The notes beneath the pieces are model-generated. The model was not told the origin of the DNA. It saw nothing but the letters and a program-made list of their open reading frames with translations, and searched no databases. DNA of 64,000 nucleotides from Rickettsiales bacterium (GTDB lineage: Bacteria; Pseudomonadota; Alphaproteobacteria; Rickettsiales; CANDYO01): the NCBI GenBank assembly GCA_049653745.1, contig JBASGW010000079.1:12207-76206 (forward strand), in the 5' to 3' direction. Positions within the stretch are counted from its first letter, which is position 1. Each line of letters opens with the position of its first letter. Of the stretch, positions 21,144 to 31,453 are shown one piece after another. The translations under genes were made by a program, and so were the position numbers.

Positions 21144-22184
21144 TTACTCTAAATTCCATACATTATGCAATAATTTTACTGCATCAAATTTATACTCTTC
21201 CGTTATAAGAAAACTCAATGTCATTGCCGAAGTATGCGTAAACAACACTTCAATATTAGCTTTTTCAAGAGCATTTTTAAAAATGGTAATAATCTTCAGA
21301 TTACTTTCTATACCTGAGCCGATCACAGAAACTTTAACGATATCCATATTTTTAGGTAACTTAAACTTATTTAACTCTAAAAATTCATTAATATCATTAC
21401 TTAAAGCAATTCCCACAACTGGACTGGCTTTATTCACCCGCCTTATCATAGTTCCTGGATTTTCAGTAAAACTAGATAATACTTGCACTTCTAAATTATA
21501 ATGTTGAGCCCATCTTACAGATTTTTCTTGTAAAACTTTAGCACCAGCATTAGCAAAAGCAATCATTTCATCATAATTAATTTCAGAAATTTTTTGCGCT
21601 TTAGCAACGATTCTAGGATCTACCGTAAATACACCTTCAACATCAGTATAAATATCACATCTTTCAGCATCTAAAGCTCCAGCTAAAATAATAGCCGTGG
21701 TATCTGAGCCTCCTCTACCCAGAGTGCTCGCCCTATTTAGTTCTGTTACCCCCTGGAATCCTGCCACCACTGCAACCTTATATCCTTGGTTAAAAGACTC
21801 TAAAATCTGAACTGCGTTTATCTCAATAATATTAGCATCTGCAAAATTATCATCAGTAATAATTTTCATTTGCCAATTCAACCAAGACCTGGCTTTTATT
21901 CCTATTTCTTGAATTAATAATGTAAATAATCCAGCAGAAACTTGCTCACCAGTGGTAATAACATTAGCATATTCAGCTAAACTAGCTTTAGTTTCACAAC
22001 TAGTTATTTCATTAACTAAATGAACCAAATGATTAGTTACACCAGCCATAGCTGACACCACAACAACAACTCTCTTCCCTTGATTAACATGCTCTGCAAC
22101 TATTTTAGCAGCATTTTTCATTAGCTTCGTTGTAGCTAATGAAGTACCACCAAATTTCAGCACAATTAATCCCATGAACTCCAC
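21144..22184 (-). CDS. lysC: Aspartate kinase (short form)
   Basis: IVLKFGGTSLA, VVVVSAMAGVTN, GRGGSDTTA, DVEGVFTVDPR. The true start may be the ATG at 22175. Confidence 0.88.
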   Translation of the reverse strand: MEFMGLIVLKFGGTSLATTKLMKNAAKIVAEHVNQGKRVVVVVSAMAGVTNHLVHLVNEITSCETKASLAEYANVITTGEQVSAGLFTLLIQEIGIKARSWLNWQMKIITDDNFADANIIEINAVQILESFNQGYKVAVVAGFQGVTELNRASTLGRGGSDTTAIILAGALDAERCDIYTDVEGVFTVDPRIVAKAQKISEINYDEMIAFANAGAKVLQEKSVRWAQHYNLEVQVLSSFTENPGTMIRRVNKASPVVGIALSNDINEFLELNKFKLPKNMDIVKVSVIGSGIESNLKIITIFKNALEKANIEVLFTHTSAMTLSFLITEEYKFDAVKLLHNVWNLE

Positions 22185-22185
22185 C

Positions 22186-23232
22186 TTACTGCAAATAAGT
22201 TCTTTGAATCCTTGGACTCAAGGAGACTATTACATTAGTAATTGAGACCTCTGCGGCCATTGCAATTTTATTCACCGTAGAATTCTTTCCTATAATCTCC
22301 ACCTCCACCCCTGAATATAAAAAATCATCAGGAACGTTACTAACATCCAACATAGTATAATCCATTAACACTTTAAGAACCGGAGCTGGGTATCCATGAA
22401 TATAAAACACTCCTTTATGAGCTAAAGAAGATAATATCCCATCTCCATAACCTATAGGAATTCTTGCAATAATTTTAGGCTCATTAAATTCTGAAAGATG
22501 AATAATTCTACTGGTCAAAGAAATGGCATTTTTCAAATCAAAAATATCTTCCTTAGTAATACCAAATAGAATCAGGCCCATTCTAACCATATCAAAATAA
22601 TATTCTTTTCCTAAAATAATAGCCGCACTATTTGCTAATGACACTGGCTTGGCAAAAACTTGACGAAGTTTGGACATATTTTTTAATTGCTGATTATGAT
22701 ATTCAACATTATTTTTTTTATCGTTAGAAAAATAACTCATAATGAATTTAATATTAACCTTTTGGTTAAAATAATTTTTCTCAGCTAATTCGAGCGTATC
22801 CCCATATGATAAGCCCACCATATTATTATCATTATCAACATTAAGTGCAGCAGAAAATCTTTTATTCTTTCTTTTACAAAAATTATTGTATAATTCAAAC
22901 TGCTCAACATTATTTAATACTGGAATTATATTATTTTGCGCGAACAGATCTTCTTCATCACTAAATATTCCATTTAAAACATATATTTCGTCAGTTAAAG
23001 AAGCACCCCTTAATTCTAATGCTTCTTGTAAGTTACTAACAAAAAATTTACTGCATCCAGCCTTAGATAAGCAATGCATTATTGGTATTGCTCCCAAATT
23101 ATAAGCATTAGATTTTAAATTAGAGGCGCAGATAACATCAGAACCAACCATGCCTTTTAATAATTCATAGTTTTGAGCTATAGTTTTGCAGTTGATTTGG
23201 AGCTTATTAATGGAGCTTATATTTCTTAACAT
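22186..23232 (-). CDS. alr: Alanine racemase
   Basis: PLP-lysine region NLKSNAYNLG (cf. VKANAYGHG) and IPIGYGDG. Size is typical for the family. Confidence 0.82.
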   Translation of the reverse strand: MLRNISSINKLQINCKTIAQNYELLKGMVGSDVICASNLKSNAYNLGAIPIMHCLSKAGCSKFFVSNLQEALELRGASLTDEIYVLNGIFSDEEDLFAQNNIIPVLNNVEQFELYNNFCKRKNKRFSAALNVDNDNNMVGLSYGDTLELAEKNYFNQKVNIKFIMSYFSNDKKNNVEYHNQQLKNMSKLRQVFAKPVSLANSAAIILGKEYYFDMVRMGLILFGITKEDIFDLKNAISLTSRIIHLSEFNEPKIIARIPIGYGDGILSSLAHKGVFYIHGYPAPVLKVLMDYTMLDVSNVPDDFLYSGVEVEIIGKNSTVNKIAMAAEVSITNVIVSLSPRIQRTYLQ

Positions 23233-23243
23233 AACTCCTCCTC

Positions 23244-24701
23244 CTATATTTCTATATGATTAGCAAACTTTGTGGTATTTGATTCAAAATGAAGTTTGAT
23301 TGTACCTACCGGGCCATTACGTTGTTTTGCAATAATAACTTCAGCAGTATTAGTCACTTTATCCATCTCAGATTGCCATCTTTCATGCTCTGGAGTGTTA
23401 ATTTGTGGCTGCTTACGAATTAAATAATATTCATCTCTATAAATAAACATCACAATATCTGCATCTTGCTCAATACTTCCAGACTCCCTAAGGTCTGATA
23501 ATAAAGGCCTCTTGTCTTCTCTTTGCTCAACCGCCCTTGAAAGCTGAGATAAAGCAATAACAGGAATATGCAATTCTTTAGCAATGGCCTTTAACCCTTG
23601 AGTAATTTGAGATATTTCCTGAACCCTACTCTCCTCTCCTTTTGATGAAGATCCTCGTAATAACTGAAGATAATCTATAACAAGAACACTAAGATTATGC
23701 CTTCTTTTCATTCTTCTAGCTCTTGTTCTAAGAGCTGCAATCGATATTGAAGGAGTATCATCAATAAAAAAAGGAATATCTGCTAAATCTTTACTCGCTT
23801 TTACCAGCTTAACAAAATCACTTTCTGAAATTTGCCCTGATCTTAGTTTGTTTGAATTAACCTCCGAACTAATTGCCATCATTCTTGTTGCCAATTGTTC
23901 AGCAGACATTTCTAGAGAAAAAAATCCTACAGCTTGAGATGGCAAAGATGGATCTTTATTTTTACGTGATTGCAAATAAAAAGCTGAATTTAAAGCTAAA
24001 TTAACTGCCAATGCAGTTTTACCCATAGAAGGCCTTCCAGCCAAAATAATTAAATCCGAATCTTGCATACCACAAAGAATTTTATCTAGATCGATAAAAC
24101 CAGTAGAAATACCCGTAATAGCTTCTTGCTGCTTAAATGCAGTTTGAATTTTTTCTAGAGCAACAGTAAGTGAACTCTTTAAAGATGCTAAGTTAGAATT
24201 TAACTCTTTACCAAAACTTGCCAAACTAAATAATTCTTGCTCAGCTTTTTCTATTTGATCGTTAGCAGTATATTTTAATTCCGAAACATAGGCATCGTTA
24301 ACAATAGTTTCACCAATATTTATTAAGTTTCTTCTAATAGCAAGGTCTACAACTGTTCTAGCATAATCATTAATATTAATAATAGTTGAAGATAGCGCAG
24401 CTAATTGATTTAGATAATCACTTTGATTCATTTCTTTTAAAATGGTGTCTTGATCAAAATGAACTTTTAATGTTACTGGGTTGGCAAGCATTCCTCTATC
24501 GACGAAAGTAGTTATTGATTCAAAAACTTTTCGATGGATGGGCTCATAAAAATGTTCAGCAAATAATATGTCACTAATTCTATGAAAAGCTTCATTATTA
24601 GTTAAAAGGCTACCTAGAATCATTTGCTCTGCAAGAATATTGGCAGGCTGGACCCTAATTAAAGAAGATTGATCAGAGAGTTTATTACTGTCTACAAACA
24701 T
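23244..24701 (-). CDS. dnaB: Replicative DNA helicase
   Basis: PANILAEQMILGSLL, Walker A AGRPSMGKTALA, IDYLQLL, ALSQLSRAVEQR. Confidence 0.95.
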   Translation of the reverse strand: MFVDSNKLSDQSSLIRVQPANILAEQMILGSLLTNNEAFHRISDILFAEHFYEPIHRKVFESITTFVDRGMLANPVTLKVHFDQDTILKEMNQSDYLNQLAALSSTIININDYARTVVDLAIRRNLINIGETIVNDAYVSELKYTANDQIEKAEQELFSLASFGKELNSNLASLKSSLTVALEKIQTAFKQQEAITGISTGFIDLDKILCGMQDSDLIILAGRPSMGKTALAVNLALNSAFYLQSRKNKDPSLPSQAVGFFSLEMSAEQLATRMMAISSEVNSNKLRSGQISESDFVKLVKASKDLADIPFFIDDTPSISIAALRTRARRMKRRHNLSVLVIDYLQLLRGSSSKGEESRVQEISQITQGLKAIAKELHIPVIALSQLSRAVEQREDKRPLLSDLRESGSIEQDADIVMFIYRDEYYLIRKQPQINTPEHERWQSEMDKVTNTAEVIIAKQRNGPVGTIKLHFESNTTKFANHIEI

Positions 24702-24765
24702 GATGATAAAATAAATAGAATAATTGTTATTAAGTTTTAATTATATCCAATCATTGTCTGTTTGC

Positions 24766-24805
24766 CTAGAGGATAATGATTTTTTTAACCAGATTTATCC
24801 TCTAG
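24766..24805 (-). terminator. Hairpin downstream of the large ankyrin gene
   Basis: Perfect 11-bp arms CTAGAGGATAA / TTATCCTCTAG separated by an 18-nt loop. Confidence 0.5.
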
Positions 24806-24855
24806 CTCTTTTTAAGAAATTATTAGCTCAAATATTATACATACGCTCTTATAAT

Positions 24856-27687
24856 CTATTGGCAATAATCATGACTTGGTTCTAATTCACAAATTTTTCC
24901 TAAAAGATTATACTCAGCAGCAATATCCTGGATACTAGATGAATCTTTATTCTGAGCTACTATCATGTCCGCATCAAATAAATGCTTTTTAGCCTTATCA
25001 TATAAGCCTAAATCTTTATACAATAGACCATAAGCTAAATATGATTTAAGTTGCGATTCAGCCGTGTCATAATTTGAATATTCCGAGTAAGCAGCACTTA
25101 CCACTTTATATCCGGTATATGCTAAAACAGAAGCTGTGTATACTGGCGCTAAAGACGTTCCAAGCATTGTTGGCAATAACATATATCCAATTATTGCTCC
25201 AGCTTGGGACATAGCTTTGCTATATTCTCCATTATAGGCCTGCACTGCAATATCTACCGCGCTAACTAAAGGCAGATAACCGCTAGTGCCAGTAAGCATA
25301 ACTCCAAGATGAGCCGCATCTTGCACCAACAGATTTAAATTATCAAAAGTTGGCTCATAAACAACTTTAAATGCATCTAATCCTATATCTGCAACTTTTA
25401 AACCAATTGTAGCTTTATAAAATATTTCACTATAAGAAACTGCTTCATTTACTTGTTCATACTTTGAATCTTGGGCTAACTTAATCTTTAATATCTCTGG
25501 CTTAGATTCTTGAACAGCTCCTTGAATGGTTATTTTGGGCATCATTACTTCAAGAATTTTTAAATACGGAGAAACATGCTTTAAATTATGATGATTTTGT
25601 ACAAAAGAATTTCCAGCTGAAGAATGCCCAAGAGATACAAAAATTGAATAGCCCTGCCCTTGAACAACTTCTAAAGGCCTTTCAGTTTTAGCTTCCACCT
25701 CCATAACATCTGAAGCTTCTCCAGCTCTAGCAATCTTTACTACTAAATCTTGCTCCGCATCTTCAAGAACTCTTTTTTTAGAATACTGATTATCTAATGA
25801 ACTCACTATAGTATTATCAATTGCTTCTACTGATATTATTCCGGTTGCTTCAGCAACTAGCGCTTGCCTTGATATTAATTGCTTACCCTGTGAAGTTTCA
25901 TAAATCTTAAATTTAGCAACGGGATTTGCACCTCCAGAAAAATGAATAATAGAGTCTGCTTCCGAATAATAATCAATCTTATATGACAGAGTTTTGGCAA
26001 TTAACTTCAACCAAATAAATTGAGTAGCTTTATTATGATTTTTAGCAAATAATTTTGATGCTTGAGGATAATTATTAAATGCCTCCGCTAAAGCAGAAGA
26101 AAACTTCGCTAAGATAGTTTGTTTATCTTCTTCAGAAAATTTAAATGCTTTTTGTAATACACCTAAGTCTGCTCCTGAAACAACCTTAACCTCTATACCT
26201 CTAGATTTAACAATCCCTATAATATCTTTAACCGATTTATAAATAGGTGCATTTTGTAAATGCTTTTTTAGACCAGATACCCCGCTCCATTGTATATGAA
26301 ACGTTACAAAACTCATTATTAAGGTTGATATATTAGGATCACCGAAAACTTTTTCTTGAAGCATCCCTCTTTTACTGCCTGTTAAAAAATCTAGCATTTT
26401 GCTAATAGATTTACTATCCCTTCCTGAAGTGCTGATAATAGTGTTAAATTTCATTAGATTATATCTGACGAGATCACTTGAATCTACCATAGTCCTTAAA
26501 TCTATTTTACTTCCTGAAGCTAATTTAACCTTATTTAACTCATCTGAAATTCTTTTTAATTCGTTGTTATGCAAACTGTAAAATATATTTCTATAATACT
26601 CATATTTGTATAAATTCTTTAAAACTTCAGTATCATCTTTATTTATCGCCTCTTTAAATATTGGCCACAAGAATTTTGAGTTAAAATACCTATTTTTATA
26701 AGAACCCCATAATTGAGTATAATCTTCATTAATGATATTTATGTTTGCACCTTTTTTAATCAGTAACCTCACAATTTCATCCTGATTATTGTCGCAAGCT
26801 AAATTAAGTGGCCTAAGCTCAGTCCCCCACTTAGGAAAGTCTATATCTGCACCATATTTAATTAATAATTCAACAAATTTTAAGTCGCCACTTTCACAGG
26901 CTGAATGTAATGGATTAGTTCCATAATAAACGCCATCAGATTTTTGTAAATCTAGACAGTTTGGGTTCGCTCCATTTTTAAGTAATAATTCTGCAGTTTC
27001 TACATCATCATTATTATAAGCTACATATAGTGGAGTATCACAATCTCCCCCTTCTTCCATAACATCAACATCAACTCCATGTTTGAGCAATACTTCTATA
27101 ACTTCTTTATGTCCATGCCTACAAGCTAAATGAAATGATGTTCCTATATATAGATTATCAGGCTCAAAAAAACCTGTTTTAAGCAATAATTCAACAACCT
27201 GAACATGCCCCTCCTGGCAAGCTAAATCCAATGAGATTTTACCTCGAGCATCTCCTATACTTGCTTCTATATCAGCACCTTTTTGAAGCAATAATTCAAC
27301 AACCTGAACATGCCCCTCGTCGCAGGCCACATGTAAAGGAGTGTAAGTTAATTCCTCCATTGTCTCTTTCTCTTCTATATCCGCACCTTGCGCAAGCAAT
27401 AATTCTACAATCTCAAGATTTCCTAATTCACAAGCTATATGCAATAGATGGTTACCATTTATATTACTGCTGCTATATTCTAAAAGTATCTTTACGTTTT
27501 CAGCAAAACCATTCATAACAGCTAAACGCAACGGAGTATTTCCATCACTATCAACTGCATCATAATCGGCATTATGCTCTGATATTAACCTCTCTATTTC
27601 AATAGGATTATTAGCTGTTTTTACTAATTGGAATAGAAGATCTGTAGGAGATTGAGTAAGATTTGCTTCTTTCATTATAATGTACAA
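24856..27687 (-). CDS. Large ankyrin-repeat protein (943 aa) with uncharacterised C-terminal ~550 aa containing hydrophobic segments
   Basis: About 9 ANK units in the first ~330 aa (GNTPLRLAVMNGFAENVKILL, HLLHIACELGNLEIVELLLAQGADIE, TPLHVACDEGHVQVVELLLQKGADIE...). The C-terminal part has no motif I recognise apart from long Gly/Ala-rich hydrophobic stretches near aa 790-860. Confidence 0.85.
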   Translation of the reverse strand: MYIIMKEANLTQSPTDLLFQLVKTANNPIEIERLISEHNADYDAVDSDGNTPLRLAVMNGFAENVKILLEYSSSNINGNHLLHIACELGNLEIVELLLAQGADIEEKETMEELTYTPLHVACDEGHVQVVELLLQKGADIEASIGDARGKISLDLACQEGHVQVVELLLKTGFFEPDNLYIGTSFHLACRHGHKEVIEVLLKHGVDVDVMEEGGDCDTPLYVAYNNDDVETAELLLKNGANPNCLDLQKSDGVYYGTNPLHSACESGDLKFVELLIKYGADIDFPKWGTELRPLNLACDNNQDEIVRLLIKKGANINIINEDYTQLWGSYKNRYFNSKFLWPIFKEAINKDDTEVLKNLYKYEYYRNIFYSLHNNELKRISDELNKVKLASGSKIDLRTMVDSSDLVRYNLMKFNTIISTSGRDSKSISKMLDFLTGSKRGMLQEKVFGDPNISTLIMSFVTFHIQWSGVSGLKKHLQNAPIYKSVKDIIGIVKSRGIEVKVVSGADLGVLQKAFKFSEEDKQTILAKFSSALAEAFNNYPQASKLFAKNHNKATQFIWLKLIAKTLSYKIDYYSEADSIIHFSGGANPVAKFKIYETSQGKQLISRQALVAEATGIISVEAIDNTIVSSLDNQYSKKRVLEDAEQDLVVKIARAGEASDVMEVEAKTERPLEVVQGQGYSIFVSLGHSSAGNSFVQNHHNLKHVSPYLKILEVMMPKITIQGAVQESKPEILKIKLAQDSKYEQVNEAVSYSEIFYKATIGLKVADIGLDAFKVVYEPTFDNLNLLVQDAAHLGVMLTGTSGYLPLVSAVDIAVQAYNGEYSKAMSQAGAIIGYMLLPTMLGTSLAPVYTASVLAYTGYKVVSAAYSEYSNYDTAESQLKSYLAYGLLYKDLGLYDKAKKHLFDADMIVAQNKDSSSIQDIAAEYNLLGKICELEPSHDYCQ
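27183..27318. repeat. Exact 31-bp intragenic direct repeat (ANK units)
   Basis: GCAATAATTCAACAACCTGAACATGCCCCTC occurs at 27183-27213 and 27288-27318 (105-bp spacing). On the minus strand it encodes the EGHVQVVELLL segments. Confidence 0.85.
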
Positions 27688-28040
27688 TATTTTTTATTAT
27701 ATTAATAAAAGTTAATATACAACGTACTAATCACTCTTTCAATAAATATTTAATATACATAAATTATACTTTGCCCATCATAAGAAGACAAAACTAACTA
27801 AGCAAAACAAAGTAAGACTCAAGGACTTATTCACAAATTTTAATAACTGAGTTCAGGCATAATAATTAACCATTTATCATCAACCTCACTGAATATTAAA
27901 GTACAAAAACTATATCTCATATAACCAATTATTTTTACATCCAAAGAACTCCCTCATTATCACATATTGACCCTTGACAATAAATAAAGAGTTTTTATAG
28001 AATAAACTTATATAATAAAATTAAAAAAGATAAGGTTGAG

Positions 28041-28298
28041 TTGAATTCATTTCAAGATCTAGAAAAAAAACTATCTAACTTCAAGCAAAAATATAATATC
28101 AAGTTAGATAGTAAAGAATCTTCACAAGAAAAAAATGGATTCTTTGTAGTTTCTGAACTAATTGCCGCCACAACTATAGGAGGCTTTATTGGATATAATC
28201 TAGACAAATACTTTAATACTAAAGCAGTATTTTTATTTATTATGATATTGTTAGGTGTAACTTCAGCTTTTTATAATATATATAGAAAATATAAGTAA
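28041..28298 (+). CDS. atpI: AtpI/AtpZ-family ATP synthase accessory protein
   Basis: 85 aa with two TM segments, TTG start, first gene of the F0 operon. Confidence 0.7.
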   Translation: MNSFQDLEKKLSNFKQKYNIKLDSKESSQEKNGFFVVSELIAATTIGGFIGYNLDKYFNTKAVFLFIMILLGVTSAFYNIYRKYK

Positions 28299-28317
28299 AT
28301 TTTAGAGATAAAAAATA

Positions 28318-29043
28318 ATGTCACTCAATCCTTTTGATCAATTCACTGTTCGCCCCTTAATTAACCTATCTATATTGGAGCATGACATTAGCTTTACTAA
28401 CGCCTCATTATTTATGATGACCTCCGTTTTAGTTATAAGCCTCTTTTTATACCTAGCCTCTAGAAATGCCTCTATTATTCCTAATAAACTACAGGGAGCT
28501 GCCGAATTATTATTTGAGTTTGTAGACAATACTTTAACAGAAGCAGCAGGAAAATCTGCAAGAGTGTTTTTCCCCTTTGTATTTACCTTATTCACTTTTT
28601 TATTAATACTTAATGTTTCTGGATTACTGCCCTATGGCTACACCGTAACCAGCCAATTAGTTATTACTTTTGCTTTAGCCATATTAGTGTTTATAGCAGT
28701 AATAATCACTGGGTTTATTAAACATGGGATAGGATTTCTCTCGATGTTTTTACCAAAAGGAACCCCAATATATATAGCACCTTTAATGATATTAATTGAG
28801 CTATTTTCTTTCTTAGTTAGACCAATTAGTTTATGTATCCGTTTAGCTGGAAATATGGTTGCAGGACATGTATTATTAAAAGTTCTAGGAACTTTTGCTA
28901 TACTTATGGGGGCCGCTGGACTACTTCCTATTTTATTTATGGTTATAATGGTAGGATTTGAACTATTTGTTGCTATTTTACAAGCTTATATCTTTACAAT
29001 TTTAACTTGCGTTTACCTAAATGATGCTATTAACTTGCATTAA
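28318..29043 (+). CDS. atpB: F0F1 ATP synthase subunit a
   Basis: Conserved RLAGNMVAGH and the C-terminal AYIFTILTCVYLNDA. Confidence 0.95.
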   Translation: MSLNPFDQFTVRPLINLSILEHDISFTNASLFMMTSVLVISLFLYLASRNASIIPNKLQGAAELLFEFVDNTLTEAAGKSARVFFPFVFTLFTFLLILNVSGLLPYGYTVTSQLVITFALAILVFIAVIITGFIKHGIGFLSMFLPKGTPIYIAPLMILIELFSFLVRPISLCIRLAGNMVAGHVLLKVLGTFAILMGAAGLLPILFMVIMVGFELFVAILQAYIFTILTCVYLNDAINLH

Positions 29044-29092
29044 AAATTACTTTAGTATATTTTTTTATAAACTATTTTAAGGAGATAAAATT

Positions 29093-29317
29093 ATGGATGC
29101 AGAATCATTAAAATATATTGCTATTGGACTGATGGGACTGGGGTTACTTGGCGCAGCATTAGGAGTGGCTAATGTATTCTCTAGCTTACTTAGTGCAATT
29201 GCTCGCAACCCGGCACAAGAAAGCAAATTATTCGCTAGAGCCATCATTGGCGCAGCTATGGCTGAAGCAATGGGAATATTTGCGTTAGGAATTGCGCTTA
29301 TTCTGATTTTTAAATAA
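29093..29317 (+). CDS. atpE: F0F1 ATP synthase subunit c
   Basis: 74-aa hairpin proteolipid with ARNP loop and carboxylate in AMAEAMGIFAL. Confidence 0.95.
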   Translation: MDAESLKYIAIGLMGLGLLGAALGVANVFSSLLSAIARNPAQESKLFARAIIGAAMAEAMGIFALGIALILIFK

Positions 29318-29336
29318 TAAATTTTATTTATAAATT

Positions 29337-29840
29337 ATGCCTCAGCTTGATATAACAACTTTCTTTTCTCAGCTTTTTTGGCTTTTTATTAGCTTTACCG
29401 CTCTTTATTTTTTATTAAGCAAATTATGCTTACCAAAACTCAATAATGTTTTTAATGAGAGAGAACAAAAGCTAACTAATTTATTAAGAATGATTGAGCA
29501 AAACAAAGCTGAGGCTCACCGACTAAAATCCGAATATGAAAAAAATATCTCGCTAGCAACTCTACAAAAAGAACAAATGATTGAACGAGCCTCAAAAGAA
29601 ATTGCCAAAACTTTTGAACAAAAACTTGCAGAGAATAATAAAAAGTTAGAATTAATGATAGAAGAGTCTGAAAAAAATATTAGTAATTTCAGCACTAACG
29701 CAGCACAAGACATAAAAAAGATAGCACTAGGCGCAACCGAAGAAATTTTAAAAAACTTAATGACTCTAGATTTAGATAAAAAAGTTATTGAATCAACTGT
29801 AGAAGAACAATATAAAGCAGGCAAACCTTATGCAAATTGA
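29337..29840 (+). CDS. F0F1 ATP synthase subunit b'
   Basis: MPQLDITTFFSQLFWLFISF N-terminus and a long coiled coil. Its position matches the alphaproteobacterial a-c-b'-b order. Confidence 0.8.
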   Translation: MPQLDITTFFSQLFWLFISFTALYFLLSKLCLPKLNNVFNEREQKLTNLLRMIEQNKAEAHRLKSEYEKNISLATLQKEQMIERASKEIAKTFEQKLAENNKKLELMIEESEKNISNFSTNAAQDIKKIALGATEEILKNLMTLDLDKKVIESTVEEQYKAGKPYAN

Positions 29841-30327
29841 TGAAAGCTTTATATTTGCCATAGCCTCTACTTCATTTTTTATTGTAGTTTTTAGATATCT
29901 AAAAACTACAATCTTAGATGGCATCAACTCTAAAATTAACACTATAAAAAACAAATTTGATGAGATTATCTCAATAAATGAAGAGTCTGAAAAACTACTA
30001 AAAGAATATCAATCTTTGCTTCAATCCTCTAAAATAACCACCCAAGCTATTATTGAGTCCTCTCAAAATGAAATAAAACAAATGAAATTACAAGCCGAGC
30101 AGGAAATACATAGCAAAATTGAAAGCAAAACCAATATTATTATGAACAAGATTCAAAATAACGAGGCAAAAGCCTTACTTAACCTTCGTTTAACAGCAAT
30201 TAATATTGCAATTTCTAGCAGCATTTCTTTGTTAAATTTTTCTAATAATGAGTCCACTAAGGCAAACTCCACAAAAGAAGCCATTGCTTCTATATCACAC
30301 ATATTAAAAGAAAGTCACTTAGTTTAG
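29830..30327 (+). CDS. atpF: F0F1 ATP synthase subunit b
   Basis: Single N-terminal TM plus coiled coil. Overlaps the b' gene by 11 nt. Confidence 0.75.
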   Translation: MQIDESFIFAIASTSFFIVVFRYLKTTILDGINSKINTIKNKFDEIISINEESEKLLKEYQSLLQSSKITTQAIIESSQNEIKQMKLQAEQEIHSKIESKTNIIMNKIQNNEAKALLNLRLTAINIAISSSISLLNFSNNESTKANSTKEAIASISHILKESHLV

Positions 30328-30421
30328 CATAAAATCTTGACGATGGTTAATACTTGAGTTATTAATAATAAGTAACTATCTAATAATATTGCAATATTAA
30401 CTACTTATAGAATGAGCGATC

Positions 30422-31135
30422 ATGACATCAATTTTATTAGCATTAAGCGATAAGCCAACATTAACCGTTATTTCATATTATCTTGAAAGATGCGGATTTG
30501 TTATTAATGCAGCAACTACTACCGAAGAATTATTAACTTCAATAGATAGAATTGAACCAAATATATTAATATTGGACGAAGATCTTCTTGGAAGCTCTAA
30601 AGTTGAAAATATCTGCGCGAACATAAAAGCTAAAAATCGTACTAAAAATATTAATATTATTCTTATTACAAAAAACTCTAAAGACATCTCTCACAACCAC
30701 TTTAATGATTTTATCTCCAAACCTTTTGTACCTAGTGAATTAATCAATAAAATTAGAACCTATAGCTCATCATCAAACAACTTAAATAATAATAACGCTA
30801 GCAACAATACAAATAAAATTTTATCACATGATGAAATAGAAATGAACGTCAATTCTTTTAGAGTTAGTAGATTTGGCAAAGTTATTCATTTAGGCCCAAC
30901 CGAATTTAAAATTCTTCAATGCTTCTTAGAGCTTCCCGGAAAAGTTCTTTCAAGAGAACATATCATGAACCATGTCTGGGGATATAACAGCCAAGTAGAA
31001 CCAAGAACCATCGATGTACATATTAACAGACTAAGAATTGCACTAAAAAATGACAATGATGAATCATCGATTATTAGAACTATTCGCTCTGCTGGTTACT
31101 CTTTAAATACTAGCAACTCTCTTGTAAAGGCTTAA
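30422..31135 (+). CDS. OmpR/PhoB-family response regulator with atypical receiver
   Basis: Receiver with ILILDEDL (Asp), IILIT and SKPF. Poly-Asn linker. Winged-helix LGPTEFKILQCFLE...REHIMNHVWGY...RTIDVHINRLR...IRTIRSAGYSL. Confidence 0.85.
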   Translation: MTSILLALSDKPTLTVISYYLERCGFVINAATTTEELLTSIDRIEPNILILDEDLLGSSKVENICANIKAKNRTKNINIILITKNSKDISHNHFNDFISKPFVPSELINKIRTYSSSSNNLNNNNASNNTNKILSHDEIEMNVNSFRVSRFGKVIHLGPTEFKILQCFLELPGKVLSREHIMNHVWGYNSQVEPRTIDVHINRLRIALKNDNDESSIIRTIRSAGYSLNTSNSLVKA

Positions 31136-31453
31136 TTGGCTTTGTATTTATACTTAATGCCAAAGAAATAGCATAATAACTGAGAATAAATCCCTATCTC
31201 TTCTATGAAAGCGATAAGGTCAAACAGCAGCATTTAGAACTTAATATCATTACACATCCAATTTATAAGAAAATCACTAGAATAACTCTGATTAGAATTA
31301 TAATTATTAATTATATCTTCTTCAGTATTTTATTTTAATCATAATTTAAGTTCAGATTGCAATTGCTTTACTTTCTAGTATATTATTAAAAAGTTTAAAA
31401 TATTGCTTTTTTAGTTTAATTACTGTAAAAATACATTACTCAAGGAGTTAGAT

